The position numbers were made by a program, and so were the translations under genes. 56,902 nucleotides of DNA from IMG/VR virus record IMGVR_UViG_3300021090_000023, positions 1 through 56,902 of that record; one strand, 5' to 3'. Below the pieces are notes generated by a model. It did not search any database, had not been told where the DNA came from, and was given only the letters and a program-made list of their open reading frames with translations. Origin of the DNA: a virus. Its lineage: Duplodnaviria; Caudoviricetes. Numbering within the stretch: position 1 is the stretch's first letter; each line of letters starts with the position of its first letter. Positions 17,885-26,239 of the stretch are shown in pieces.

Positions 17885-19176
17885 GAAGGGGTGGCATCGC
17901 GAGGCAGGACGTCGAGGACCTGGAGGAGCTCTCTGGGGTGGCGTGGGCGAAGCTCTCGAAGGACCTGAAGACGGCGGCCGACACGCTCACGGTCGAGCAG
18001 GTCAGGTACCTCGTCGATACGTTCTATCAGGTGCAGCAGTTCCGGATCGAGTCGGCGGGGCAGGAGCGGGCGTCGCGGGCGGCGGGGGAGCCGACCGACT
18101 TCGTGACGTGGATCTCGCGGTCCATGAAGACCATGGAGGGCGCGATCCGGACCGCGCTCGACCGCTACACGGACACGCGGGCGGAGGGACGGTGGGCGAA
18201 GTCCATCGTCGGGATCGGGCCGGTCCTCTCGGCGGGGCTCCTGGCGCACATCGACGTCGAGCAGGCGCACACCGCGGGGGCGATCTGGCGCTTCGCCGGG
18301 ATCGACCCGACCGTGCGCTGGATCGGCAAGGAGGAGGCGAAGGCGCTCGTGAAGGCGGGCTGGGAGAAGTCCAAGTCGGCGGAGGAGAACGCCCGGGCGC
18401 TGGCGCTCCGGCTCGGGCGGAGGCCGGAGTACCTCATCCGGGACGCCACGCCGAGGCCGACGGTGCCGGTGGATAGGTCGGCGGACATCGTCTGGATCGT
18501 CCAGAATCAGTGGATTTCAGGTCAGACGTTCGAGCAGAACGTCGGGACGCTCCTCGGGCGCTTCGTGGGCGAGGAGGAGAAGCTCGCCGCCGCAGCGAAG
18601 CTGATCATGGAGCACGCGTCCGACTGGACGTGGGACCCGAACCTCGACCCGGAGGGGAACGGGCGGTCGATGGCGAACCTCGTCACGCTCAGGGACCTCC
18701 CGGTCCAGAAGCCGATGACGGCGGCGACGGTGGAGAAGGCGCTCTCGAAGCGGCCGTGGAACGCGCGGCTGAAGGTGCTCTGCTACAAGATCGGGGAGTC
18801 GTTCGTCAAGCAGCAGAACCACGCGGACGACGTCTACGGCAAGGTCTTCGTCGCCCGGAGGGCGCTGGAGGTCGAGCGGAACCGGGGCGGGCTCTTCGCG
18901 GATCAGGCGGCGGCGGCGCTCGCGGCGAAGAACTACAGCCGGGAGACCAGGGCCAAGGCGGCGTACGAGAGCGGGAGGCTGCCGGACGCCCACATCCACG
19001 CGCGGGCGCGGCGCTACGCCGTCAAGATCTTCCTCTCGCACTTTCAGCACGTCGCCTACGAGGTCCGCTACGGCGCGCCCCCGCCGCGGCCGTTCGTCAT
19101 CGAGCACCTCGGGCACACGGAGTACGTCAGGCCGCCGAACTGGCCGATGCCCTCGGCGGAGGGGAGGGTCGCGTAG
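17881..19176 (+). CDS. TIGR-associated Nop-domain protein (TasA-like, no nuclease domain), 431 aa
   Basis: Coiled coil RYLVDTFYQVQQFRI; WAKSIVGIGPVLSAGLLAHID…AGAIWRFAG; KRPWNARLKVLCYKIGESFVK; HIHARARRYAVKIFLSH; no N-terminal DEDD RuvC; flanked by dual-repeat arrays. Confidence 0.88.
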   Translation: MRRGGIARQDVEDLEELSGVAWAKLSKDLKTAADTLTVEQVRYLVDTFYQVQQFRIESAGQERASRAAGEPTDFVTWISRSMKTMEGAIRTALDRYTDTRAEGRWAKSIVGIGPVLSAGLLAHIDVEQAHTAGAIWRFAGIDPTVRWIGKEEAKALVKAGWEKSKSAEENARALALRLGRRPEYLIRDATPRPTVPVDRSADIVWIVQNQWISGQTFEQNVGTLLGRFVGEEEKLAAAAKLIMEHASDWTWDPNLDPEGNGRSMANLVTLRDLPVQKPMTAATVEKALSKRPWNARLKVLCYKIGESFVKQQNHADDVYGKVFVARRALEVERNRGGLFADQAAAALAAKNYSRETRAKAAYESGRLPDAHIHARARRYAVKIFLSHFQHVAYEVRYGAPPPRPFVIEHLGHTEYVRPPNWPMPSAEGRVA

Positions 19177-19955
19177 TCAGGTTTTAGGAGCGTATCAAGT
19201 ACAGCGAGCGAGTCAAAGTACGAGAAGGTAACAGCGAAACTGATCGAGACAAAAGCAGAGAGGGCATCAATACGCGAGAGCGAGTCATTCATGAGGAGAG
19301 TATCAAACTCTATGAGCGAGTCGAGCGTCCAAAGAGTACCAAGGCTGCTGAGCGAGTCATTGTTGAAGAAAGTAGCAACGTAGATGAGCGAGTCATCTTT
19401 GTTGAGAGTACCATAGGGAGAGAGCGAGTCACAGATCCGGAAAGTATAATAGAGGGCGAGCGAGTCATACCCCAAGAGCGAGTCACAGCACACGAGGGCA
19501 TCATCGAGAGGGGAGCGAGTCAGACAAAAAGCAGGTATCATTGTCCGTGAGCGAGTCAGACGAAGGAAGGGTGCCATGTACCAGGAGCGAGTCAGAATCC
19601 GAGAGAGTACCAATAAAGTAGAGCGAGTCAGATCACGTGATAGTACCAAAGAGATCGAGCGAGCCACTTCGGGAGATAATAACATAAACGCGGAGCGAGT
19701 CAGAACACCAGACAGTTACATGAACAGCGAGCGAGTCAGAACATGAGAGGGTAGCAATACTGACGAGCGAGTCACACGTCCGAGAGCGTAACAGAATACG
19801 TGAGCGAGTCATAGTGAGCGAGAGTAGCATAGATATAGAGCGAGTCAAGCAATGCAAGAGTTTCATGGCCGTGGAGCGAGCCGTATCCAATGAGAGCACC
19901 AAGAAGATCGAGCGAGCCATATCACGTAAGAGTACCAACTCGACGGAGCGGCCCC
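19170..19955 (+). ncRNA. TIGR-type dual-repeat guide RNA array 2 (21 full units plus one 18-nt half unit)
   Basis: GAGCGAGTCA at 19206, 19278, 19350, 19386, 19422, 19458, 19476, 19513 … and variant at 19910; second repeat GAGAGTACCA-like 18 nt later. Confidence 0.92.
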
Positions 19956-19966
19956 CGAAGGGGCGC
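19948..19966 (+). other. GC hairpin closing array 2 (processing or termination element?)
   Basis: GCCCC-CGAA-GGGGC right after the terminal half repeat; no U tract. Confidence 0.4.
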
Positions 19967-19974
19967 GACACGCG

Positions 19975-20065
19975 GTAGGGCGGCGGCCGGATTAGGCCCT
20001 AGGGGTAGGGGTAGGACCCCGCCCTAGCGGGCCGCGCCGGGCCCTAGACGAGACTTCTAGCCGGG
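19975..20065. repeat. CCTAG/TAGG-rich intergenic element, copy 2
   Basis: GGCCCTAGGGGTAGGGGTAGG, GCCCTAG twice more, CTAG. Confidence 0.5.
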
Positions 20066-20157
20066 AGAGGGCCCGGAAAGAGGGGAGAGGGAGCGAAGTC
20101 GATGGCAGCAGCGAACCCGAGAGCCCCAGAGGAGCGGGGAAGAGAGCGAGGCGAGAG

Positions 20158-20346
20158 ATGAGCCGGACGGTGCGGATAGCAGTGGCGAGGGGCGGGGCGG
20201 TGACGGTGAAGGCGGAGGGCTTCAGGGGCGAGGGCTGTCAGCCCCTCGTCGAGGAGCTCTCGGCGCGGCTGAAGGGGACGGCGAAGAGCACGGAGCACAC
20301 GGCGGAGTTCTACGAGCAGGCAGACGTACAGGAGCAGAGGCAGTGA
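20158..20346 (+). CDS. DUF2997-like small protein
   Basis: GAVTVKAEGFRGEGC…TAEFYEQ; context with DUF1257 and AAA. Confidence 0.8.
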   Translation: MSRTVRIAVARGGAVTVKAEGFRGEGCQPLVEELSARLKGTAKSTEHTAEFYEQADVQEQRQ

Positions 20347-20513
20347 AGCTGAAGGTCTTCCTCTACCTCCTCATGCTCGACACGACGGTACCCGGTGAGG
20401 TCGAGAGGATCGTAGCGATGGCAGAGAAGAACGCGGACCCGAAGTTCCTCAACGCACACCTGGCGGCATACGCGGAGGAGCTGTCGAAGAGGCTCCTCGG
20501 ACAGGAGGGCTAA
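20343..20513 (+). CDS. hypothetical protein
   Basis: GTGA overlap; FLYLLMLD…GEVERIV. Confidence 0.55.
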   Translation: MKLKVFLYLLMLDTTVPGEVERIVAMAEKNADPKFLNAHLAAYAEELSKRLLGQEG

Positions 20514-20515
20514 GA

Positions 20516-20749
20516 ATGTACCGCATAGCAGTGAAGCCGGGTGGGCTGATCGTAGGCGTCTACACGGACAAGATCCAGTGGAGGCGACTCGGTGAGATCA
20601 GCGTCGAGCGGGCGGCGCACGTCGAGTACGACAACAAGCAGGAGGGGTGGACCGTCGAAATGGCAGACGGGGCGGTGCTCCCCGGAACCTGGACGCGCCG
20701 CGAGGACGCGCTCGCGGCGGAGCGGGAGGCCGTAAGTGCCTCGCTCTAG
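20516..20749 (+). CDS. small protein of the type found with DUF1257/DUF2997 clusters
   Basis: GVYTD…LGEISVERAAHVEY…GWTV…RREDALAAE. Confidence 0.7.
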   Translation: MYRIAVKPGGLIVGVYTDKIQWRRLGEISVERAAHVEYDNKQEGWTVEMADGAVLPGTWTRREDALAAEREAVSASL

Positions 20750-21005
20750 CAGGCGGCTCCTCTCACCGGCAATAGCCAGGGCGCTAGAGCGGGCGCCGTC
20801 GGGGACTAACTCCAAGGGGTTCGAGCTGGGCTTCCAGGCGGGACGGGAGTATCAGCACGACCTGATCCGGAGGCTGCTCTGCAGGCACTGCATGAACGAG
20901 AGTCCGGTGGTAGATGAGGATGGAATGGCGGTGCACGAGATCCAGGGACAGGCAAGGTTCCGGGTTATATGCGAGGCGATCCAGATATACAAGTTCAAGC
21001 CATGA
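20736..21005 (+). CDS. hypothetical protein
   Basis: ORF with CxxC. Confidence 0.5.
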   Translation: MPRSSRRLLSPAIARALERAPSGTNSKGFELGFQAGREYQHDLIRRLLCRHCMNESPVVDEDGMAVHEIQGQARFRVICEAIQIYKFKP

Positions 21006-21030
21006 GCACCTCCACCGAGCAACTTTTAGG

Positions 21031-21059
21031 TAGACGCGCACCGTCCACTAAAGTAGACT
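21031..21059 (+). promoter_or_regulatory. putative sigma70-like promoter
   Basis: TAGACG-N17-TAGACT in the intergenic gap before the HTH gene. Confidence 0.35.
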
Positions 21060-21089
21060 CCTCCTACACCGAAAGGGGGTGAGCGGAGG

Positions 21090-21338
21090 ATGAAGAGGGC
21101 ATCGAGTGCACTCCAGAGGCTCCTCACGAGGCAGGAGGACAGGTTCATACTCAGGGCCTGCAGGGTAAACAAGTGGAACCTCACGAAGACGGCGAAGTAC
21201 CTGGAGATGGCCAAGTCTCGGCTCTATCAACTCCTCAACGAGCACCCGGAACTCCGCCGGGCATGGAAGGCGAAGCGTGGAACATCGACCGAGGGACGTC
21301 CGAGAGGTGGCAGAGCGGTACCTAGACGACGCACTTAA
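21090..21338 (+). CDS. Fis-type helix-turn-helix protein
   Basis: ILRACRVNKWNLTKTAKYLEMAKSRLYQLL resembles HTH_8. Confidence 0.7.
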   Translation: MKRASSALQRLLTRQEDRFILRACRVNKWNLTKTAKYLEMAKSRLYQLLNEHPELRRAWKAKRGTSTEGRPRGGRAVPRRRT

Positions 21339-22488
21339 CGCGACGGGAGTCCTCGAGTACAGGGACGCCAGGGTCGAGCCCCGCGCCGTCATAGTCAAGA
21401 CGCACGACGTCGCGGAGGACCTCAGCGGGTTCCGGGGGTGGCGCTTCTCCGTAACCAAGAGAGGCGTCCTCCAGGAGAAGGTCGAGCAGGTGGTATGGGC
21501 GACGCTCAGCACGATCGACTTCCTCTACTGGGCGAAGGAGCAGGAGCCAGAGACGCTCCGTAAGTACCTCGGGGTGAGGGGGATCGAGGCGTCCGGATCG
21601 TCGCGGTACGTCCTGGCGGCGCTCCTCACCTACAGCTACGAGGAGGGGCAGCTCAAGGCGAGCGGGAGCTGGCCTCTCTCAGAGGATGCGATGGACCTCC
21701 GGCTCCGCCGAATTGCAGCGATCGAGGCGTATAAGAACGCGAAGGGGGGGATGTCGGATGAAGAGATAATCGTAGCGGTGAACCTCAGGGTGCAGGGGTA
21801 CTCTCCATCATCTCACCAACCAGAACCAAAGAGGGGGCATTCTATGACCGGGGAGAAGTCAGAGGAGAAAGCCGAGACGCCGAGTGAGATCAGGGCGCGC
21901 CTCCGGAGGCAGGCGGAGGAGGAAGGGGGCGAGGACGCCGGAGATACGGAGGGCAAGGGAGAGGACAAGGAGCGGGGAGAGGAAGCCGAGGCGCCGGTCA
22001 GGGAGAGGCCGGGGAGGGCTATAGACCCGGAGGCGGCGGCGGTGCGTAGCGGGAAGAAGGGGGCGGTTGCAGCAAGGGAGTCGAGCGACGAGAAAGGGCG
22101 GTCGGCCCCTCCGACCAGGAAGACCACCAAGGCCAAGGAGAAGGCGACGGCCAAGGCCGAACCCGTTGGCGAAAGGGAGAGCGGAGAGATGGCGAAGAGG
22201 GGCGCGAAGAAGGCGGCAGGGGGGAAGAAGGGATCCAAGAAGGACGGAGGGAAGAAGGCGGAGGTGAAGCACAGGGTCAAGTACGAGGGGAACATCGAGA
22301 GGGACTTCCCGGTAGGGAGCAAGATCAAGTACATCGGGACGAGGCTCGCGAAGTACACCGGGAAGATGGGCGAGGTCACGGGCCACAAGAACGCCGACGG
22401 CCTGAACATCAAGTACAGCGACGGCTCGAAGGGCACGGCGACCGTAGGCGCGGTCGAGATCGTCAAGAAGGGTAGCGGCAAGAAGTAG
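21277..22488 (+). CDS. hypothetical protein with acidic/Lys-rich linker and small C-terminal beta (SH3/KOW-like) domain
   Basis: 403-aa ORF; internal RBS-ATG candidates at 21844 and 22189. Confidence 0.6.
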   Translation: MEHRPRDVREVAERYLDDALNATGVLEYRDARVEPRAVIVKTHDVAEDLSGFRGWRFSVTKRGVLQEKVEQVVWATLSTIDFLYWAKEQEPETLRKYLGVRGIEASGSSRYVLAALLTYSYEEGQLKASGSWPLSEDAMDLRLRRIAAIEAYKNAKGGMSDEEIIVAVNLRVQGYSPSSHQPEPKRGHSMTGEKSEEKAETPSEIRARLRRQAEEEGGEDAGDTEGKGEDKERGEEAEAPVRERPGRAIDPEAAAVRSGKKGAVAARESSDEKGRSAPPTRKTTKAKEKATAKAEPVGERESGEMAKRGAKKAAGGKKGSKKDGGKKAEVKHRVKYEGNIERDFPVGSKIKYIGTRLAKYTGKMGEVTGHKNADGLNIKYSDGSKGTATVGAVEIVKKGSGKK

Positions 22489-22510
22489 CTCCTTGGTAGC
22501 AGGTGAGATG

Positions 22511-22586
22511 CGCGGGGTCGTCTAGTGGGAGGACACGGGCCTGGTACCAGGCCCGAGACCCTGGGTTCGATTCCCAGGCCCCGTCA
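22511..22586 (+). tRNA. tRNA-like gene with non-canonical palindromic anticodon arm (Thr-GGT if read as a 7-nt loop)
   Basis: D arm GTCTAGTGGGAGGAC, T arm CTGGG-TTCGATT-CCCAG, acceptor GCGGGG/CCCCGT. Confidence 0.75.
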
Positions 22587-22619
22587 TCTCTAATCTCCCA
22601 ACATCAACGGAGGAGGATC

Positions 22620-23024
22620 ATGCCTATACCGAGAGCGATGGAGCACCCGGATACGAGTGCAGTAGGAGGGCTCTACCCGTCGCACCTTGAGCCCGGTCCG
22701 CTAGTAGCAGTATCGAGTAAGCCGTGGCTCATCAGGAGAGTGGCCAGGAGGGTCGTCCGTGCATGGATCTGGTTCTTCGGCGAGGAGGGCTTCGCGGGGA
22801 CGGAGTCCGCGAGGCACGAGGAAGAGCGGGGGAGGAGCATCCGCCTCACGGAGGTCGCCGTCGACGCGGCGAAGAGGCTCAACAGTCACCGCTTCAGCAT
22901 ACACCACGGCCCCGCCCTCGACCTCGGCGAGGACGAGATGGTCGAGGTCATCTGCGAGACCGCCCGCATCCTCCTCCTGGAGGCGAAGGTCCGTGCGCGG
23001 CTCGCGGGGAGGGAGAAGGCATGA
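22620..23024 (+). CDS. hypothetical protein
   Basis: GGAGGAGG RBS. Confidence 0.65.
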   Translation: MPIPRAMEHPDTSAVGGLYPSHLEPGPLVAVSSKPWLIRRVARRVVRAWIWFFGEEGFAGTESARHEEERGRSIRLTEVAVDAAKRLNSHRFSIHHGPALDLGEDEMVEVICETARILLLEAKVRARLAGREKA

Positions 23025-23284
23025 GGTCAGAAGGGGACGCGAGGCGGGGGCTCTACAAGAAGTACATCGTCTACCGGGAGGACGAGACCGACCTCATTGG
23101 AGGGAGGCACTCCAGGTGCAAGTACTTCGTCCTCGACCTCACGCACGACCAGTTCGCCGGGCCCGCACTCGAAGCCTACGCGAGGGCGTGCCGGAAGGAC
23201 TTCCCGCTGCTCGCCTCGGACCTCGGGAAGCTCGTCCGTGGGGACAAGAGGCCACTGCTGAAGCTCCGTCCGGGAGGGAAGTGA
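23021..23284 (+). CDS. phage hypothetical protein (GLYxKY…YFVLDLxHD)
   Basis: ATGA overlap; recurrent phage motif. Confidence 0.75.
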   Translation: MRSEGDARRGLYKKYIVYREDETDLIGGRHSRCKYFVLDLTHDQFAGPALEAYARACRKDFPLLASDLGKLVRGDKRPLLKLRPGGK

Positions 23285-23285
23285 G

Positions 23286-23525
23286 ATGGACTCGAAGTGG
23301 CTCGTCTTCGACCTCATACTCCGGGAGAAGGACCGCAAGACCGATAGGTGGCTCGTCAACAAGAAGGAGACAGAGGAACTCCTAGGAGAGGTAAGGTGGT
23401 TCGGGAGGTGGCGCCAGTACTGCTACTTCCCGGAGCCGGGGGTGGACGTGGTCCTCGCGGCGAGCTGCCTCGAGGACCTAGCGGAGTTCATTCAGAAACG
23501 CATGCAAGAGAGGAGGGTGAGATGA
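23286..23525 (+). CDS. phage hypothetical protein
   Basis: LGEVRWFGRWRQYCYFP…CLEDLAEFI. Confidence 0.75.
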   Translation: MDSKWLVFDLILREKDRKTDRWLVNKKETEELLGEVRWFGRWRQYCYFPEPGVDVVLAASCLEDLAEFIQKRMQERRVR

Positions 23526-23550
23526 AGAAGAGTAAGGAGGGAAAGGAGTA

Positions 23551-23970
23551 ATGCTCTCGCGCGTCCTCATCGTCGGCGAGAGTAACCCGTACGGGTCGGA
23601 CCCGCGCTACGCGCTCTACCCGCTCCCTGAGAACGCCACCGGCGGGCGGCTCTGCAAGATCCTCGGCCTCTCCAAGCGCGAGTACATGCAGACGTTCGAC
23701 AGAACCAACCTCGTGGCACTCGGCCTCGGGAATTGGCCGTCGAGCGTAGCGAAGGACAGGGCAGGGCTCCTCAAGCACCGCAGGCGCATCCTCCTCGGCA
23801 AGCGTGTAGCAGACGCTCACAGCGTCCCGTTCAGGCCATTCCGCACATTCACGACAGACAGGGGCGTCGAGGTCCTCATCCTCCCGCATCCATCGGGGAG
23901 GAACCTGATCTGGAACGACCCGCGCAGTGCAGTTAAGGCGAGGCGGGCGGTAGGGAAGTTTATACGATGA
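23551..23970 (+). CDS. uracil-DNA glycosylase-like fold protein
   Basis: LIVGESNP, TGGRL, ILLGK, LPHPSGRN. Confidence 0.75.
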   Translation: MLSRVLIVGESNPYGSDPRYALYPLPENATGGRLCKILGLSKREYMQTFDRTNLVALGLGNWPSSVAKDRAGLLKHRRRILLGKRVADAHSVPFRPFRTFTTDRGVEVLILPHPSGRNLIWNDPRSAVKARRAVGKFIR

Positions 23971-24809
23971 TAGACGTTCATCACGGAGACAACCTCAGGG
24001 TCCTCTCGGCGATGGCGAGCGAGTCGTTCGACCTGATCTACATCGACCCCCCGTTCAACACCGGGAGGGTCCAGTCGATGACGAGGATGAAGACGGCGCG
24101 GAGCGCCACCGGGGACAGGACGGGGTTCGGGGGGCGGAGGTACGAGACATTGGGGCTCGGAACGACAAAGGCGTTCGGCGATACATTCGGCGACTACATC
24201 GCCTTCCTGGAGCCCAGGCTAAACGAGGCACGTCGGGTACTCGCTCAGTTCGGCTCGCTCTTCTTCCACATCGACTACCGGGAGGCCCACTACTGCAAGG
24301 TCGTCCTCGACCGCATCTTCGGGCGGGCGTCGTTCATCAACGAGATCGTCTGGGCCTACGACTACGGCGGTAGGTCGAGGAGCAGGTGGTCGGCGAAGCA
24401 CGACACGATCTTCTGGTACGCGAAGGACCCGAGGAGGTACACGTTCAACTACGACGCGATCGACAGAATCCCGTACATGGCACCCGGGCTCGTCGGCCCC
24501 GAGAAGGCGGCGCGGGGGAAGACGCCCACCGACGTCTGGTGGCAGACCATCGTGCCGACCAACAGCCACGAGCGGACGGGCTACCCGACGCAGAAGCCGC
24601 TCGCAATCCTCAAGAGGATCGTAAAAGTGCACACGTACCACGGAGGCAGGGTCCTGGACTTCTTCGCCGGGAGCGGTACGACCGGGGAGGCGGCGTACTG
24701 GCTAGGACGAGACACTGTACTGGTCGATAACAATGAAGAGGCCATCCGAGTCATGAGGAGGAGGTTCAGGGATCTCTCGGACGTCCGATTTCATCCACGG
24801 GGCAAGTAG
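23967..24809 (+). CDS. DNA N6-A/N4-C methyltransferase (beta class)
   Basis: DLIYIDPPF catalytic motif, YPTQKP, VLDFFAGSGTT SAM-binding motif. Confidence 0.95.
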   Translation: MIDVHHGDNLRVLSAMASESFDLIYIDPPFNTGRVQSMTRMKTARSATGDRTGFGGRRYETLGLGTTKAFGDTFGDYIAFLEPRLNEARRVLAQFGSLFFHIDYREAHYCKVVLDRIFGRASFINEIVWAYDYGGRSRSRWSAKHDTIFWYAKDPRRYTFNYDAIDRIPYMAPGLVGPEKAARGKTPTDVWWQTIVPTNSHERTGYPTQKPLAILKRIVKVHTYHGGRVLDFFAGSGTTGEAAYWLGRDTVLVDNNEEAIRVMRRRFRDLSDVRFHPRGK

Positions 24810-24845
24810 GGAGGGGCATCTCACAACTCATCAGGGAGGTGTAGG

Positions 24846-25169
24846 ATGAAGACGCAGTTTCTCCTCGAAGAAGCTGAGATCAGAGACCTCATGGCAGGGA
24901 AGAAGTTCACGCTCGAGGTTGGGAATGGAACTACACTCGTGCTTCAGGCGGAGCACCCGGTAGTCTTCGGAAAGATCAAAGGAAAGATCCTCAAGTATGA
25001 GAAGGAGTTCTACGAGAAGGGGACCAAGAAGAGGCGGAGGAAGAACGCCACGCCGGGGGTGCGGACGAAGATCCTCAGGTACGCAGAGTCGCACGGTGTG
25101 TCGAGGGCCGCAGCTCACTTCAGGGTAAGGCCGGGACTCATCACGTCCTGGCGCAGAAAGGGGAAGTAG
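24846..25169 (+). CDS. protein with C-terminal HTH
   Basis: ILRYAESHGVSRAAAHFRVRPGLITSWR. Confidence 0.6.
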   Translation: MKTQFLLEEAEIRDLMAGKKFTLEVGNGTTLVLQAEHPVVFGKIKGKILKYEKEFYEKGTKKRRRKNATPGVRTKILRYAESHGVSRAAAHFRVRPGLITSWRRKGK

Positions 25170-25391
25170 ATGCTCGGGCTCAAGATCAGCCTATCGCGGA
25201 AGCCGAGGACGTGCGACCTCTGCGGCGGGGGCTACAACAGGCGGAACCTCGTCGAGGGTTGGAACGTCCAGAACCCCGGACACCGAGCGGGCTGGGTCAA
25301 GACCCGCATCCGGGTCTGCACGCGGTGCGGCGGCGCGCCGCTCGCGAACCGTATCCTCAGGGCCGTAACGCTTATCTCGGTCAAGAAGTAG
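25170..25391 (+). CDS. zinc-finger hypothetical protein
   Basis: CDLCG…CTRCG. Confidence 0.55.
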   Translation: MLGLKISLSRKPRTCDLCGGGYNRRNLVEGWNVQNPGHRAGWVKTRIRVCTRCGGAPLANRILRAVTLISVKK

Positions 25392-25686
25392 GAGAGAGAA
25401 AGGTGGAGGAGGAGGAGAGGGACAAGCCAGGGGAGTGTGAGGGGTGTGGCTCAGTAGGGTTAGAGTGGGTGGAGGGAGTAGCATTCACCTACTACTGCAT
25501 CCGACCGAAGGGTCACGACGACGAGCGGGGGCACCGGATAATCGTCGATGACCCGGACGACCCAACTGGGTTCGTCCTCTCGTCCATGGATCTCCGAGAC
25601 GCCCGGCCCTTCTTGAATCAGGGCAAGATCAGAAAAATCGAGGACTACAGCGCCTGAGAGGTACCACCACGAAGAGGAGGGAAGTA

Positions 25687-25932
25687 ATGGCGAAGCCGAG
25701 GAGGGTAGAGGTCGCGCTCGTTCAGATATCAGCGGGGCACATCGGACTCTACGGGCTCGATAAGAGCGGCGGAGTCTGGCAGTACTTCGCCGCGAAGGAG
25801 GAGATGGGGGTCAAGAAATATTCAGGCTGGTACAGGCTCACGGCGAGAGGTTGGGACGCGACCGGGCCGATGGACCCGATGGGGAGCGAGGGGGACGTAG
25901 ACGACTACGAGGCGGAGAGGAGGCTCAAGTAG
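25687..25932 (+). CDS. hypothetical protein
   Basis: GAGGAGG RBS. Confidence 0.65.
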   Translation: MAKPRRVEVALVQISAGHIGLYGLDKSGGVWQYFAAKEEMGVKKYSGWYRLTARGWDATGPMDPMGSEGDVDDYEAERRLK

Positions 25933-25934
25933 AG

Positions 25935-26237
25935 ATGGAGAAGATCATCGGAGACTCTGATACTAAGGTGACGATGACGGTAGACGAGGCCAGGGCGGTC
26001 TGCCGCATCGGGCAGGGCGTCAGGTGCTGCGCGTTCCTGGTCATGGCCTCGACCGGGTTCGAGTGCATCCGGATGAGCTACCCGAACAACTCGACGATCT
26101 TCGACCGCCTAGCGAAGGGAACCATGAACGCGAGGGGCGAGGGCGGCTGGGCGGGGTGCGCGTGGGCCGGTACTATCCCGAACAGCGACGGCGCAGAACC
26201 GAAGGGGGGAGAAGACATGACTCACCGGAGGACCTAG
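25935..26237 (+). CDS. hypothetical protein
   Basis: Cys-containing ORF, packed. Confidence 0.65.
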   Translation: MEKIIGDSDTKVTMTVDEARAVCRIGQGVRCCAFLVMASTGFECIRMSYPNNSTIFDRLAKGTMNARGEGGWAGCAWAGTIPNSDGAEPKGGEDMTHRRT

Positions 26238-26239
26238 GA

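Noticed and set aside
17881-19176. IS110 transposase / insertion sequence
   Set aside because: No N-terminal DEDD RuvC domain and no SG catalytic serine motif after FAG..P; flanks are dual-repeat arrays rather than IS ends
15876-19955. Arrays as CRISPR
   Set aside because: Repeats are 10 nt and of two alternating kinds with 8-nt gaps; no 23-50-nt repeat and no cas genes in the window
15876-19955. Self-targeting by array spacers
   Set aside because: No match noticed, but an exhaustive split-spacer search cannot be done by eye; unresolved, so not claimed
19068-19971. Minus-strand LTRS/DSL repeat ORFs over array 2
   Set aside because: Shadow of the array; frame shifts at the 37-nt units; no RBS
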